From Candidatus Bilamarchaeaceae archaeon (lineage in GTDB: Archaea > Micrarchaeota > Micrarchaeia > Anstonellales > Bilamarchaeaceae), in contig JAWCKZ010000007.1 of the NCBI GenBank assembly GCA_038851325.1, positions 1 through 41,438 on the forward strand: a stretch of DNA of 41,438 nucleotides, written 5' to 3'. The number at the start of each line of letters is the position of its first letter. The first letter of the stretch is position 1. Below, piece after piece: positions 19,570-29,352 of this stretch. Both the position numbers and the translations under genes were made by a program. A model generated the notes under the pieces. That model saw only the letters and a list, made by a program, of their open reading frames with translations. It was not told the origin of the DNA and did not search any database.

Positions 19570-20745
19570 GATAAAAGAAAAATCATCGAAGATTAGATTT
19601 CCTTTGTAAAAGACAGAGCGTATCTTCCCTTTCAGCATTTTTCTCTCAAACGGGCTCCATTTACATTTTGTATACAACTCTTCTCCTTTGACTACCCACT
19701 CTTTTTTCAAATCAAGTATGGCGATGTTTCCCCAGAAACCTTCTGCGAGCTTTCCAACGCTCTCAAGCGCGAAGATACCGGCAGGACTGCTGCTCATTCT
19801 TTCCACAATCCATTCTAGTGAGAGCACTCTTTCCCAATAGGCTTGAAGCATAAGCGCAAGGGAAGTCTCAAGCCCAGGAAAGCCATGCGCACCTGCTTTT
19901 TTATCTTCTATCGTATGTGGTGCGTGGTCTGTCGCAATACAATGTACTCTCTGTATATTGCCCCAAAGCGTTTTTCTGTGCTGTTCGCTCCTCAAGTTTG
20001 GATATACGGTTCCAAGATGTCCAAGCCGCTCTGCATCTTTTTTTGAAAGAAAAAGGTAGTGCGGAGCAACCTCAACCGTCAATCCTAAATTGTTGGAGAG
20101 GTCTACGATCATACCAGAGGAGGCATGCGCTATGTGTGCCCTTCTGCCATATCTCTTGGATAAGTGCCCTATGGTTTCTATGTTGGCGCATGTTGCTGCA
20201 AACTGCATCTCCTCGCTGCCCTCGCTCGCATCAGCATGAAAAACAAACTGGCCTGAATAATTCTGAAAATGTCGTTCAAGAGAGGCATGGTCTCTGAGAT
20301 AAAGCTCTCCGGTTGTTTTTCCTAAATAGATCTTCATAGAGATGGGCTTTGCTTTCTTTACCTCTTCAAAATTGTTGTCTGTTGCGCCAAAATGAAACAG
20401 TACATCACAAAGTGCCTTTTTACTTGCAAGTTCTTGTTTCTCTCTAAGTCTCGCCGCGGTTGTTGTTGGAGTTGGGTTGTTCGGCATGTCGATAACAGTT
20501 GTAAAGCCGCCTGCAACTGCAGCCATTGTTCCGGTTCGAAAATCTTCTTTATAAGTTGCGCCGGGCTCGCGTAGGTGAACGTGTGGGTCGATGAGACCGG
20601 GCAGCACAAGTGCGCCAGCTGCATCGTAACTTTCTTCTCCATTTATACTTCTTGCTATCTTAACTATCCTGCCAAACTCCAGGGCTATATCCAACTCTTG
20701 AAACTGCCCATTGAAAAAGACTTTACCATTTTTTATTACGAGCAC
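19564..20745 (-). CDS. pyrC: Dihydroorotase (amidohydrolase family)
   Basis: PGLIDPHVHLREPG, AGGFTTVIDMPN, EVAPHYL, ATDHAPH, GFPGLET, KCKWSPF. Confidence 0.88.
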   Translation of the reverse strand: MLVIKNGKVFFNGQFQELDIALEFGRIVKIARSINGEESYDAAGALVLPGLIDPHVHLREPGATYKEDFRTGTMAAVAGGFTTVIDMPNNPTPTTTAARLREKQELASKKALCDVLFHFGATDNNFEEVKKAKPISMKIYLGKTTGELYLRDHASLERHFQNYSGQFVFHADASEGSEEMQFAATCANIETIGHLSKRYGRRAHIAHASSGMIVDLSNNLGLTVEVAPHYLFLSKKDAERLGHLGTVYPNLRSEQHRKTLWGNIQRVHCIATDHAPHTIEDKKAGAHGFPGLETSLALMLQAYWERVLSLEWIVERMSSSPAGIFALESVGKLAEGFWGNIAILDLKKEWVVKGEELYTKCKWSPFERKMLKGKIRSVFYKGNLIFDDFSFIL

Positions 20746-20771
20746 GATATCACTACACCAAAACCAAAACT

Positions 20772-22517
20772 CTAGCCAGATATAACTAATTGACCTGTTG
20801 TTATTAAAGATAGAATTCTAAGCAGCAATAACGCAAGCTCTCTCGATACTCTAAGCCAAATCTTATTATACCATTTATTTCTCTTCTCGATAAGGTTAAG
20901 AAGGTCCTTGAATGCCTCTTTTTCACCTGGGCCCATCTTGCTCTCTGTAACCTTCTTATGCTCCTTTCCATCTATAATTGTTATCTCTTCCTGTTTTCCT
21001 ATCTGTTTCTTTGCTTGTTCGTACCACGGCGGTAATGAGGAACGTTTCTTTATGATCGCACGTGTGAAGTCAGCAATATTTATTGGTCTTTGAACGACCT
21101 GTTTCTTCGCCAGCTCTTCTGCCTTATCTTTTGGCATTCCTTTTTTAACCAGTTCTTCTGTTTTTCTTTGGATTGCAAAAAACGCCTCAAGCCACGGATA
21201 GGTGGCCGCCTCATCAACTATTGCTTTCAGATCAGAGGAAGCATAGCCCTCTGTTGCAAGCGCAAACAGACGATATGGAATAAAGAAAGACAATGGCCTT
21301 TTTTTAGCATGCAACTTCATTATCTCCGCTCGTGAAGCGTAGTCTGGTTCAGGTGCGAATATCGTGTTGCTAAAACGTCCGCTTCTTCTGAGCGCTGGGT
21401 CAACATCCCAAGGTGCGTTTGTTGCGGCTATCACAAGAACGTTCTCGTTATTTGCCTCTATGCCGTCCATCTCGTAAAGCATTTGGTTAACCGCCATTCG
21501 CATGTACTGCTGACCCTCCTGTTGGTCCCTTCTACCGCCTATCGCATCTACTTCATCGAAGAAAAGTATGCAGGGCGTATTCTTTCGTGCTAGTTCAAAT
21601 ACCTTATGAATATTCTTCTCCGTATTCCCAACATACATGTCCAAAAGATCAGAAAGTTTAGCGTTTATGAAACCTGCCTTGCACTCTCCTGCCGCACTTT
21701 TTACGAGGTAGGTTTTTCCGCATCCTGGTGGACCATACATAAGTATTCCGCCACCGCCAAGCTTTCCGTACTTTCTCGCAAGTTCAGGATTTATCATTGG
21801 GTAAACTATAGACTTTCGGATATCCTCTTTCATCTTTTCCATTCCTGCAACATCAGCAAAGCTCATGTTTGGTTTTTGGAGCATTCTTATCTCGGCTCCA
21901 GCAGTCCCTCCGCCTTCTCCTTTACCCTCCTGCTCCTTCTTCGTCTTTGCTGATTCTAGATGCTGTTTCGCCTCTGTAAGCTGTGGATTAAGTTGTATTG
22001 CCTTCTCGTAGTCTACAATGGCACCATCAAGGTCCCCTCCATATTCTTTTGCAAGCCCGCGAAGATGATAAGCCTCTGCAAAATCCGGCTTTAGTTCGAT
22101 TACTTTGTTAAAATCCTCAACTGCTTTCTCGTATTCTTCCAGGGAAGCATATGAGAGTCCTCTATTGTAATACGCCTTCAGATAGCTCGAATTTAACTGG
22201 ATGGCTTTATCATAGTCCTTTATGGCACTTTGGTAATCCTGCTTTCTGTAATAGGCGTCACCACGGTTATTGTAGATGAAGGGATTATGGGGATCAAGTT
22301 CAGCTGCTTTTGTATAGTCTGATATAGATTTGTCAAAATTCTTTAATTGGTAATAGCTCAGCGCACGGTTGAAATAGGCTTCGGAGAAGACTGGATTTAA
22401 TAGGATTGCCATGTTGTAGTTCTCGATTGCCCTGTCATAGTCGCCACGCTCGTAGTACTCATTTCCAAGCTGATAGTATGTTTTCGCATCTGTGGGGCTG
22501 GGTTTCTTTCCAACCAT
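20772..22517 (-). CDS. TPR-repeat AAA ATPase (single classical AAA module)
   Basis: Five 34-aa TPRs, Gly linker, FADVAGM, GPPGCGKT, FFDEVD, ATNAPWDVDPALRRSGRF; ATG 22517 or TTG 22532. Confidence 0.9.
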   Translation of the reverse strand: MVGKKPSPTDAKTYYQLGNEYYERGDYDRAIENYNMAILLNPVFSEAYFNRALSYYQLKNFDKSISDYTKAAELDPHNPFIYNNRGDAYYRKQDYQSAIKDYDKAIQLNSSYLKAYYNRGLSYASLEEYEKAVEDFNKVIELKPDFAEAYHLRGLAKEYGGDLDGAIVDYEKAIQLNPQLTEAKQHLESAKTKKEQEGKGEGGGTAGAEIRMLQKPNMSFADVAGMEKMKEDIRKSIVYPMINPELARKYGKLGGGGILMYGPPGCGKTYLVKSAAGECKAGFINAKLSDLLDMYVGNTEKNIHKVFELARKNTPCILFFDEVDAIGGRRDQQEGQQYMRMAVNQMLYEMDGIEANNENVLVIAATNAPWDVDPALRRSGRFSNTIFAPEPDYASRAEIMKLHAKKRPLSFFIPYRLFALATEGYASSDLKAIVDEAATYPWLEAFFAIQRKTEELVKKGMPKDKAEELAKKQVVQRPINIADFTRAIIKKRSSLPPWYEQAKKQIGKQEEITIIDGKEHKKVTESKMGPGEKEAFKDLLNLIEKRNKWYNKIWLRVSRELALLLLRILSLITTGQLVISG

Positions 22518-22616
22518 ATTTTCACTTTCCAAACACGTTTCTTTTAAAGCAAGTTAACTTTTATGAGACTTACTACAAAAACTTTTATAATTATACCCAA
22601 TTGATTTTATCGCTAC

Positions 22617-23903
22617 TTAACCAATTTCAGTCCCAAGCTCGCTCTCGAGCGCTGCACTCTTTTCCTCTGAAGGCGCAAGCGACTCCAAAGAAAGCCGCTC
22701 TTCTATACGCAGTAGTTGATTGTATTTTGCAACCCGTTCGCCGCGTGCAGGAGCGCCTGCCTTTATCTGCTCTGCGTTTATACCAACTGCGAAATCAGAG
22801 ATAAAGCAATCCTCTGTCTCTCCAGAGCGGTGACTAACAATTACCTTGAGCCCGTTCTCTCTACAAATTTTTGCGGCGTCGAGCGCTTCGCTAACAGTTC
22901 CGATCTGGTTTATTTTCAGAAGGAGCGCGGTAACAGCACTCTTTTCTATCGCGTGTTTCAGACGTGCAATGTTTGTAACAAGAAGATCGTCACCTACAAT
23001 CTGCACTTTTCCCCTAAGCTCTGACGTCAGCCTCGCAAATCCATCAAATGCCTCCTCGTGAAGAGGGTCTTCTATGCTCTTTACATTGTAAACCTTTGAA
23101 AGTTCCTTGTAAAATTCTATTATCTCGTCCTCGCTCATCTCTACACCATCTATCCGATACACATCTTTCTCATTGTCATAGAAAGAAGTTGCAGCAGCGT
23201 CGATTGCGAACTCGCACTCCTTTTCGTATCCCGCCTCGCTCACTGCGGATACGAGAGCATCAAGCGCCTCGTCCGTCTTTGTCATAGGAGGAGCATAACC
23301 GCCCTCGTCGCCTACATTTCTCGCCGCTGCTCCGTAGCTTTTTACAAGTTGTTTTCCGAGAATGTGGTATATCTCACTTGCCATTCGCAATCGCTCTCTA
23401 AATGTCATTGCTTTTGGAACTATCATAAATTCCTGTATGGCAAGTCCATTACCTGCGTGCTTTCCGCCATTTATAACGTTAAACATCGGTTCTGGAAGGT
23501 TTTTTCCTCCTAAGTATTCATAAAGCTGCTTTCCAGAAGACGATGCTGCCGCGCGCGTCACTGCCATGGAAGTTGCCACAATCGCATTCGCGCCAAGTCT
23601 GCTTTTATCTTTTGTGCCATCCAGCTCTCTCATCTTAAGATCTATGCTCTCCTGTTTAGTCACATCCATGCCAACTAACGCAGGCCCGATTATGGTATTA
23701 ACGTTCTCAACAGCTTTCATAACCCCCTTGCCGAGATATCTACTCTCACCATCCCTTAACTCAACTGCCTCGTGCTTTCCTGTCGACGCGCCGCTCGGTG
23801 CTGCAGCGCTTCCTAATCCTCCTTGCGTAAGAACATCAACCTCAACCGTAGGATTACCACGCGAATCTAAGATCTCACGTGCTAGAACCCCTACTATTCT
23901 CAT
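22617..23903 (-). CDS. eno: Enolase
   Basis: EILDSRGNPTVE, PSGASTG, VGDEGG, LLKINQIG, SHRSGET. Confidence 0.99.
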   Translation of the reverse strand: MRIVGVLAREILDSRGNPTVEVDVLTQGGLGSAAAPSGASTGKHEAVELRDGESRYLGKGVMKAVENVNTIIGPALVGMDVTKQESIDLKMRELDGTKDKSRLGANAIVATSMAVTRAAASSSGKQLYEYLGGKNLPEPMFNVINGGKHAGNGLAIQEFMIVPKAMTFRERLRMASEIYHILGKQLVKSYGAAARNVGDEGGYAPPMTKTDEALDALVSAVSEAGYEKECEFAIDAAATSFYDNEKDVYRIDGVEMSEDEIIEFYKELSKVYNVKSIEDPLHEEAFDGFARLTSELRGKVQIVGDDLLVTNIARLKHAIEKSAVTALLLKINQIGTVSEALDAAKICRENGLKVIVSHRSGETEDCFISDFAVGINAEQIKAGAPARGERVAKYNQLLRIEERLSLESLAPSEEKSAALESELGTEIG

Positions 23904-23911
23904 GAACTCAC

Positions 23912-23982
23912 CAACATAATGCGATGCATTGCAAATTTAAATAATTATGTTGCTGCATGCAATCAAGTGTATTGCAAGTTTA
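23912..23982. promoter_or_regulatory. Palindrome-rich divergent promoter region (eno/dys)
   Basis: CAACATAAT (23912-20) and ATTATGTTG (23944-52) form an inverted pair around ATTTAAAT; TGC(G/A)AT..ATTGCA pairs at 23920-33 and 23958-76. Confidence 0.45.
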
Positions 23983-24017
23983 GAAATGGTTAAATGTTTT
24001 TCTGGAGCTTTCATAGC

Positions 24018-24911
24018 ATGAATGTAGAGGATATAAACCCACAAAGGCCATTGGCTAATTTAGATGCGGTTGGGTTCCAAGCGACCCAGCTTGGCCGTGC
24101 TGTGCAACTTATAAAGCGGATGAAAAATGAGGGTGCGATCATTTTTCTGACATTTACTGCAAACATGGTTGCCTCCGGCCTTCGCGGCCTGATCGCTGAC
24201 ATGTGCAGGCAAAAACTCGTTGACGTCATAATAACAACAGGCGGAAGCCTTGACCACGACCTAATCCGCACTGAAAAGCCCTATCTTCTCGGCGATTTCA
24301 ACCTTGACGATGCTGAGTTGCACAAAAAAGGGATAAACCGCATCGGCAACATCCTTGTGCCGAATGACCGCTACGAATTCCTTGAGAAAAAAATCCAGCC
24401 GATATTTGAGAAGCTGTACTCGCAAAAGAGGACAACGTCGCCAAGCGAGATAGCAGCTGCCATCGGCAGGACTGTAAATGACAAGAATTCCTTTCTTTAC
24501 TGGTGCGCGAAGAATGGCATACCTGTTTTCTCACCTGGGATTACCGATTCTGCAATCGGGCTTCAGGTTTACTTCTTCAAGCAGAAGAGGAAGGACTTCG
24601 GGATTGATGTGACAGCAGACATGCAGCAACTTGCTTCGATAACGCTCAATGCGAAAAAAACTGGAGGGATAATCCTTGGAGGGGGGATTTCGAAGCATCA
24701 TGCAATCGGCGTTAACATCCTTCGCGGCGGATTTGATTATGCAGTTTATTTCACAACATCCGCAGAATGGGACGGTTCTCTTTCAGGCGCGCGGACAAAC
24801 GAGGCGGTGTCGTGGGGGAAGATAAGCGAAAAGGCAAATCACATAACGGTTTACGGGGACGTTACGATAACACTTCCTTTGACGTATTCATTGTTGAAGC
24901 AACATTTTTAG
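24018..24911 (+). CDS. dys: Deoxyhypusine synthase
   Basis: GFQATQL, TANMVASGLRG, INRIGN, GGGISKHH, DGSLSGA, EAVSWGK; start ATG 24018 (track gives 23994). Confidence 0.96.
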   Translation: MNVEDINPQRPLANLDAVGFQATQLGRAVQLIKRMKNEGAIIFLTFTANMVASGLRGLIADMCRQKLVDVIITTGGSLDHDLIRTEKPYLLGDFNLDDAELHKKGINRIGNILVPNDRYEFLEKKIQPIFEKLYSQKRTTSPSEIAAAIGRTVNDKNSFLYWCAKNGIPVFSPGITDSAIGLQVYFFKQKRKDFGIDVTADMQQLASITLNAKKTGGIILGGGISKHHAIGVNILRGGFDYAVYFTTSAEWDGSLSGARTNEAVSWGKISEKANHITVYGDVTITLPLTYSLLKQHF

Positions 24912-24927
24912 AAGTATTTGCTTTTTC

Positions 24928-24999
24928 GAGCCTGTTGCAAATTCCTTCGAAAACTACTTCACGATAATTTCGTAATTCTTTCGAGGAAATGTTACAAAC
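24928..24999. repeat. GTTGCAAATT-family repeat embedded in a ~70-bp imperfect inverted repeat (MITE/REP-like, or bidirectional terminator)
   Basis: GAGCCTGTTGCAAATTCCTTCGAAA ... ACGA-TAATT-TCGT ... TTTCGAGGAAATGTTACAAAC between convergent genes. Confidence 0.5.
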
Positions 25000-26605
25000 C
25001 ATTCCCCTTCTGCCCCATTCTCCATTTGATATAATCTATCATTGCTTTTTCTATTTTTATATCTTCAGCCGTTCTTGAATTATCTATCTGGAGAATGGCT
25101 ATGGAAAGCCTGTCACCGAGTGGTCCTACGCAATTATCATACCAATTTTTAAGACCTTCAGGCCCTTTTACTAAATCAAATTGTGCGCGGAGTATATTTT
25201 TAATAGCCCTTAATGCAACCCTTCTGAGGGATTTATATTTATCTTGTATTTTCTCTGCAGTTGCGCTCAGTAATATACCCAGTGCGCGCGGTTCGCCTAA
25301 ATTCCCCAAGCAACATATAATATTGCATGCGGCGCCTTCACCATAATCGAAGACTGTGGCGATACCAATCGGTTCTGTGCATTTCTCTGCTTCTTTCCCA
25401 ATAACCCGTACATCGCTGTCAGGACTTTCCTTTGCTCTTTTTATCTCAGCACGCCAGACATCTGGAGGTATGCGTTCTGTCAGCGGACCATAAGTCCTAA
25501 TAATATTTTCCCACATCGGTCGAAAGAAAGCAGCCAGTTTGAGAGCCCTCTTAAGTTCACAAATAAGACTCGTTAGCTTTCTATCGTATTCTTCGTTATT
25601 TTTTTCTCTTAGGTCTTTTAAAAACTCCTCTATCTGCATGGTTTTTAAACTTCCCCTGTGTTTGAATTCCGCCAAAAATTTGCTAAAACTAAATCCGCCA
25701 ATACTATTGGATTCTTGCGTACTACGGCTCTCGTCCACTGCTTTCTGCAAATGATGCGCTTCGCTTTTGCTGGAGAATGATAGAGATGGTATCGTTTCTG
25801 CTTGCTCAACTTCTTTCTTTTTCATCTTATCGGTTTCAAAAAGTTTCTGGGTAAAGGCGTTGATTATACTATTTAGTTTATCTTCATCACCCCTATTCTT
25901 GAGCAACCACGCAGCTTCTTTCAGTGCTTCAACAATGACAATGCGAAATGAATGCGGTGCATTTCTTCTTGTTTGGTTTGAGAGCTCATTTATCAAAAGT
26001 TTTAGGGCGTAGGGCGAGTTAGCAGCCAGTTCGGCAAGCTCAGCAAGCTCAGGAGTTGCTGTTTCTGTATTCAAGTCTCTTCCGCCCTTCAATTCGCATA
26101 AGAGAGTATCTAACTTCGCTTTACAGTCTATCATCATCTTTACGTCAGCGAATTTTCTACGGAGTTTTTCTCCCTCTGGCTTTCTAAGGATAGAGTGGGT
26201 AGCGAGGCTAGCGCGCTCTGCTATGTAATGTTCTTCAATGGTTAACGCATTTTTCAACGGCTCGTATGCTTCCTCCCCCAGTTTTTCTATCTTTTTTAGA
26301 TCATTTTTAAGTAGATAAAAAAGAACGAAAAATTCTGTCGTTTTTTCTTTGTTCGTTAGCATTAAGCCGTTTTCTAGCCTTTCTGCAATCGTTTGCCCTG
26401 CTCTCATGCAGTCATCATACGGATCATCTCTGATTATTTCCTTATATTTTTCAGCCGCCCGTATGAAGAGAGTATTCAAAAATCGTGCCTTTGGGTGAGC
26501 ATGGTAAAGGCTATGTTTTTCATTTTGCCAGCCACAGTTTTTCTCATTCTTTCTGCTTATCACGTAATTAATTAGTTCACAACATTTTAAAAATTTAACA
26601 GACAA
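24992..26605 (-). CDS. Hypothetical alpha-helical protein with degenerate HEAT-like repeats
   Basis: IEKLGEEAYEPLKNAL, LGNLGEPRALGILL, LRRVALRAI resemble PBS-lyase HEAT units; start uncertain (TTG 26605 or GTG 26563). Confidence 0.65.
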   Translation of the reverse strand: MSVKFLKCCELINYVISRKNEKNCGWQNEKHSLYHAHPKARFLNTLFIRAAEKYKEIIRDDPYDDCMRAGQTIAERLENGLMLTNKEKTTEFFVLFYLLKNDLKKIEKLGEEAYEPLKNALTIEEHYIAERASLATHSILRKPEGEKLRRKFADVKMMIDCKAKLDTLLCELKGGRDLNTETATPELAELAELAANSPYALKLLINELSNQTRRNAPHSFRIVIVEALKEAAWLLKNRGDEDKLNSIINAFTQKLFETDKMKKKEVEQAETIPSLSFSSKSEAHHLQKAVDESRSTQESNSIGGFSFSKFLAEFKHRGSLKTMQIEEFLKDLREKNNEEYDRKLTSLICELKRALKLAAFFRPMWENIIRTYGPLTERIPPDVWRAEIKRAKESPDSDVRVIGKEAEKCTEPIGIATVFDYGEGAACNIICCLGNLGEPRALGILLSATAEKIQDKYKSLRRVALRAIKNILRAQFDLVKGPEGLKNWYDNCVGPLGDRLSIAILQIDNSRTAEDIKIEKAMIDYIKWRMGQKGNGL

Positions 26606-26615
26606 AGACTTGCTT

Positions 26616-26638
26616 TAGGGCGTTGCAAATTACTATGT
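26616..26638 (+). repeat. Dispersed IS-end-like repeat (GTTGCAAATT family), copy 2
   Basis: TAGGGCGTTGCAAATTACTATGT, 22/23 match to the reverse complement of 16177-16199. Confidence 0.7.
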
Positions 26639-26668
26639 TTGCGACGAACACCTTCGTTCACGCGATCT

Positions 26669-27040
26669 TTATTTTCCTTGATGCTTCCCAAGTGACGTGG
26701 ATTTGATGTAGCCGTTTTCATTTTGATAGACCACTATTATCTCACCAAATCTATCCACGACAGGAAAACCAAGCCGAACATCTCCTTTGACTCCTGGCCA
26801 CCCGTTTTTTATCTTTGCACCATACCATGACTTATCAGAGTAGTTTCGCACGCACTGCAGTGTAATCTCCACAGGAACACTTAACAGAGAGTCATCTTTA
26901 AGTTTCATTAGGGGCTCTGTCATTCCCACAAATCCGCGAACCAGAGCTCTCTGCTTCTCGCCAAGCTCCTTGTCAGAATTCCCTAAATTCCTTAATACCT
27001 CATCCCTCATTATCTTTCTCATGTTATATATAATGGGCAA
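26669..27040 (-). CDS. Hypothetical protein
   Basis: 123-aa ORF (ATG 27022 is an alternative start); no family recognised. Confidence 0.5.
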   Translation of the reverse strand: MPIIYNMRKIMRDEVLRNLGNSDKELGEKQRALVRGFVGMTEPLMKLKDDSLLSVPVEITLQCVRNYSDKSWYGAKIKNGWPGVKGDVRLGFPVVDRFGEIIVVYQNENGYIKSTSLGKHQGK

Positions 27041-27414
27041 AACTGTTTATAAATGTTGTGGTTAAAGTTGAAATTTGTGGTCATCAAGAAACTAGCGATG
27101 TTCTCAGATCCCACAATAAACACGTCTATGCTGGATACCTCATCCTGCTCACTGTAAGTCAGAACGAAATTCGCCTCCTTTGCGAAAAGGATGCGCATCT
27201 GTATAAAGTAAAAAAACATTGCTATTTTTTGCTTTTCAGCGGATTATTATAGTTCTTCAAGGCAGTAAAGACCAATGGATGTTAGCACGGGCAGTTGACT
27301 CAACGACTTAACAAAGTCCAAAAGTTAAAAAGGGAATATGCCTGATATATAAAAACGAACATAAATTAGGCTGCCCACAATAAAATTTGAGATAAAAATT
27401 CGGGTGAATGGGAT

Positions 27415-29331
27415 ATGGCTTTGGTTGATGATACATATATCGATAAAGAATTAATTGAAAAAGCAAAAAAAGATGGCGCAAAACTGATTTTTGACCGTTT
27501 TGAAGAGCAACAGCCACTATGCCCGTTCGGCCTGAGCGGTGTGTGCTGTAAAAATTGTTTCCAGGGCCCGTGCAGGATAATCCCGAGAAAAAGTGAACGT
27601 GGCATTTGCGGTGCAGACGTTGATGTTATAGTCGCAAGGAATCTGCTAAGAACTGTGGCTGCAGGAGCAGCCTGCCACACAGATCATGCCAAAGAGGCTG
27701 TTCTTGCGCTATTAAAGATTGCTGAGGGAAAAACTAGCACGTATAAAATAAAGGATGAAGCAAAGCTCAGAAATTTTGCAAAAGCACTCGGAAAAAAATC
27801 AACCGGCTCGATCAGGAACATTGCTAAAGAAGTTGCCTTTAAGGCCTTGGAAGATTTTAGGAGGCAGGAAGGGCTTTTCCACAAAACAGAAGGTTGCTAT
27901 CTAAACTGGTTAAAAATCAGGGCAACTAAAGAAAGGATCGAAGTATGGAGAAGGCTGGGAATTCTTCCAGTTAACTCTGACTTAGAAACTTCGCATGCCC
28001 TTCACCAAACTACAATGGGCAATGATGCCGACCCGATCAATATACTGCTTTCCACTCTGAAGATAGGCCTTGTTGATGGTTATGGCGGGCTGAATCTTGC
28101 AACAGACATGCAGGATATAATATTTGGAACGCCTTATCTAACAAAATCTGAGTCAAATCTCGGAGTTCTGAAGGAAGACTGGGTAAACATAATTGTGCAT
28201 GGGCATGTTCCACTTCTTTCAGAAAGAGTTGTAGAATGGGCTAAAAAAATGGATAGCAAGGCCAAGATGCTCGGAGCAAAAGGCATAAACGTTGTTGGCA
28301 TGTGCTGCACTGGCAATGAGCTACTTATGAGACAGGGAATCCCGTTTGCAGGACATGTACTGCAGCAGGAACTGGCATTGGTAACAGGGATCGTAGATGC
28401 TGCGGTAGTCGATTTACAATGTATCTATCCCTCTTTGCAGGATATAGCTTCTTGCTACCATACCAAACTGATAACAACAATTGATTTTGTCAAAATACCT
28501 GGGGCGCTGCATATTAAATTTGATATCGAACATGCAGACGAGGCGGCAGAGCAGATCATTAAGGAAGCGTTGAACGCTTATCCAAACAGAAAAAAAGAAA
28601 GAATTTATGTCCCAAAGGAAAAAACAACAGTATACGCTGGATTTTCGGTTGAAGCAATTATTGCTGCGCTTAGCAAGCTGAACAAAAAGGAGCCTTTGAA
28701 GCCATTGGTCGATAACATAGCTAATGGGAATATACTCGGCGTGGTCGGGATTGTCGGGTGTAGAAATCCAAAGTTAAGGGGCCTGAAATTCCATGAAGAG
28801 CTGACAAAGATTTTGCTTAAAAACAATATCCTTGTTGTTGGGACCGGATGCTGGGCCCACGCAGCCGCCCAAGAAGGTCTGATGACACCAGAAGCCACAG
28901 AGAAATATGCAGGGCCCAAGTTGAAAGCTGTTCTTCAGGCGATTGGAAAGGCCAACGGGCTTCCGGCATTACCACCAGCGTTACATATGGGCAGTTGTGT
29001 TGATAACGGCAGGATAGGGGTTCTTCTTGGCGCCATAGCCGACTATATGAATGTGCCCATACACAAACTACCGGTTGCCGGGTCCGCGCCAGAATATGTA
29101 ACAGAGAAGGCAGTTGCTATCAGCACATATTTCTTGGCTCTAGGTATTGCGGTGCACCTCAACCCGATGCCTCCCATAACCGGTTCTGCATTGGTAACAA
29201 AAGTGCTAACACAGGATTTGGAAAAAATAACTGGCGGCAAGGTGCTGATTGGGACCACACCGGATGAAGCGGCAAAAGCAATAATTGCTCATATCAAGGA
29301 AAAAAGAAAAGAATTAGGGCTAAAGGTTTAG
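27415..29331 (+). CDS. cooS: Anaerobic Ni,Fe carbon monoxide dehydrogenase catalytic subunit
   Basis: D/B-cluster CPFGLSGVCCKNCFQGPCRI..GICG; His pair CHTDH; C-cluster ligands in HGH, MCCTG, DLQC, GCRNP, GTGC, GSCVDN; Lys in EKA; GGTGA RBS. Confidence 0.96.
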   Translation: MALVDDTYIDKELIEKAKKDGAKLIFDRFEEQQPLCPFGLSGVCCKNCFQGPCRIIPRKSERGICGADVDVIVARNLLRTVAAGAACHTDHAKEAVLALLKIAEGKTSTYKIKDEAKLRNFAKALGKKSTGSIRNIAKEVAFKALEDFRRQEGLFHKTEGCYLNWLKIRATKERIEVWRRLGILPVNSDLETSHALHQTTMGNDADPINILLSTLKIGLVDGYGGLNLATDMQDIIFGTPYLTKSESNLGVLKEDWVNIIVHGHVPLLSERVVEWAKKMDSKAKMLGAKGINVVGMCCTGNELLMRQGIPFAGHVLQQELALVTGIVDAAVVDLQCIYPSLQDIASCYHTKLITTIDFVKIPGALHIKFDIEHADEAAEQIIKEALNAYPNRKKERIYVPKEKTTVYAGFSVEAIIAALSKLNKKEPLKPLVDNIANGNILGVVGIVGCRNPKLRGLKFHEELTKILLKNNILVVGTGCWAHAAAQEGLMTPEATEKYAGPKLKAVLQAIGKANGLPALPPALHMGSCVDNGRIGVLLGAIADYMNVPIHKLPVAGSAPEYVTEKAVAISTYFLALGIAVHLNPMPPITGSALVTKVLTQDLEKITGGKVLIGTTPDEAAKAIIAHIKEKRKELGLKV

Positions 29332-29352
29332 GTTTACAAAGAGGTGAAAAAG

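Noticed and set aside
27058..27252. 64-aa ORF upstream of cooS as a CooT/CooJ-like factor or regulator
   Set aside because: No recognisable motif, GTG start without a clear RBS; cannot be supported, though a homology search is worthwhile.
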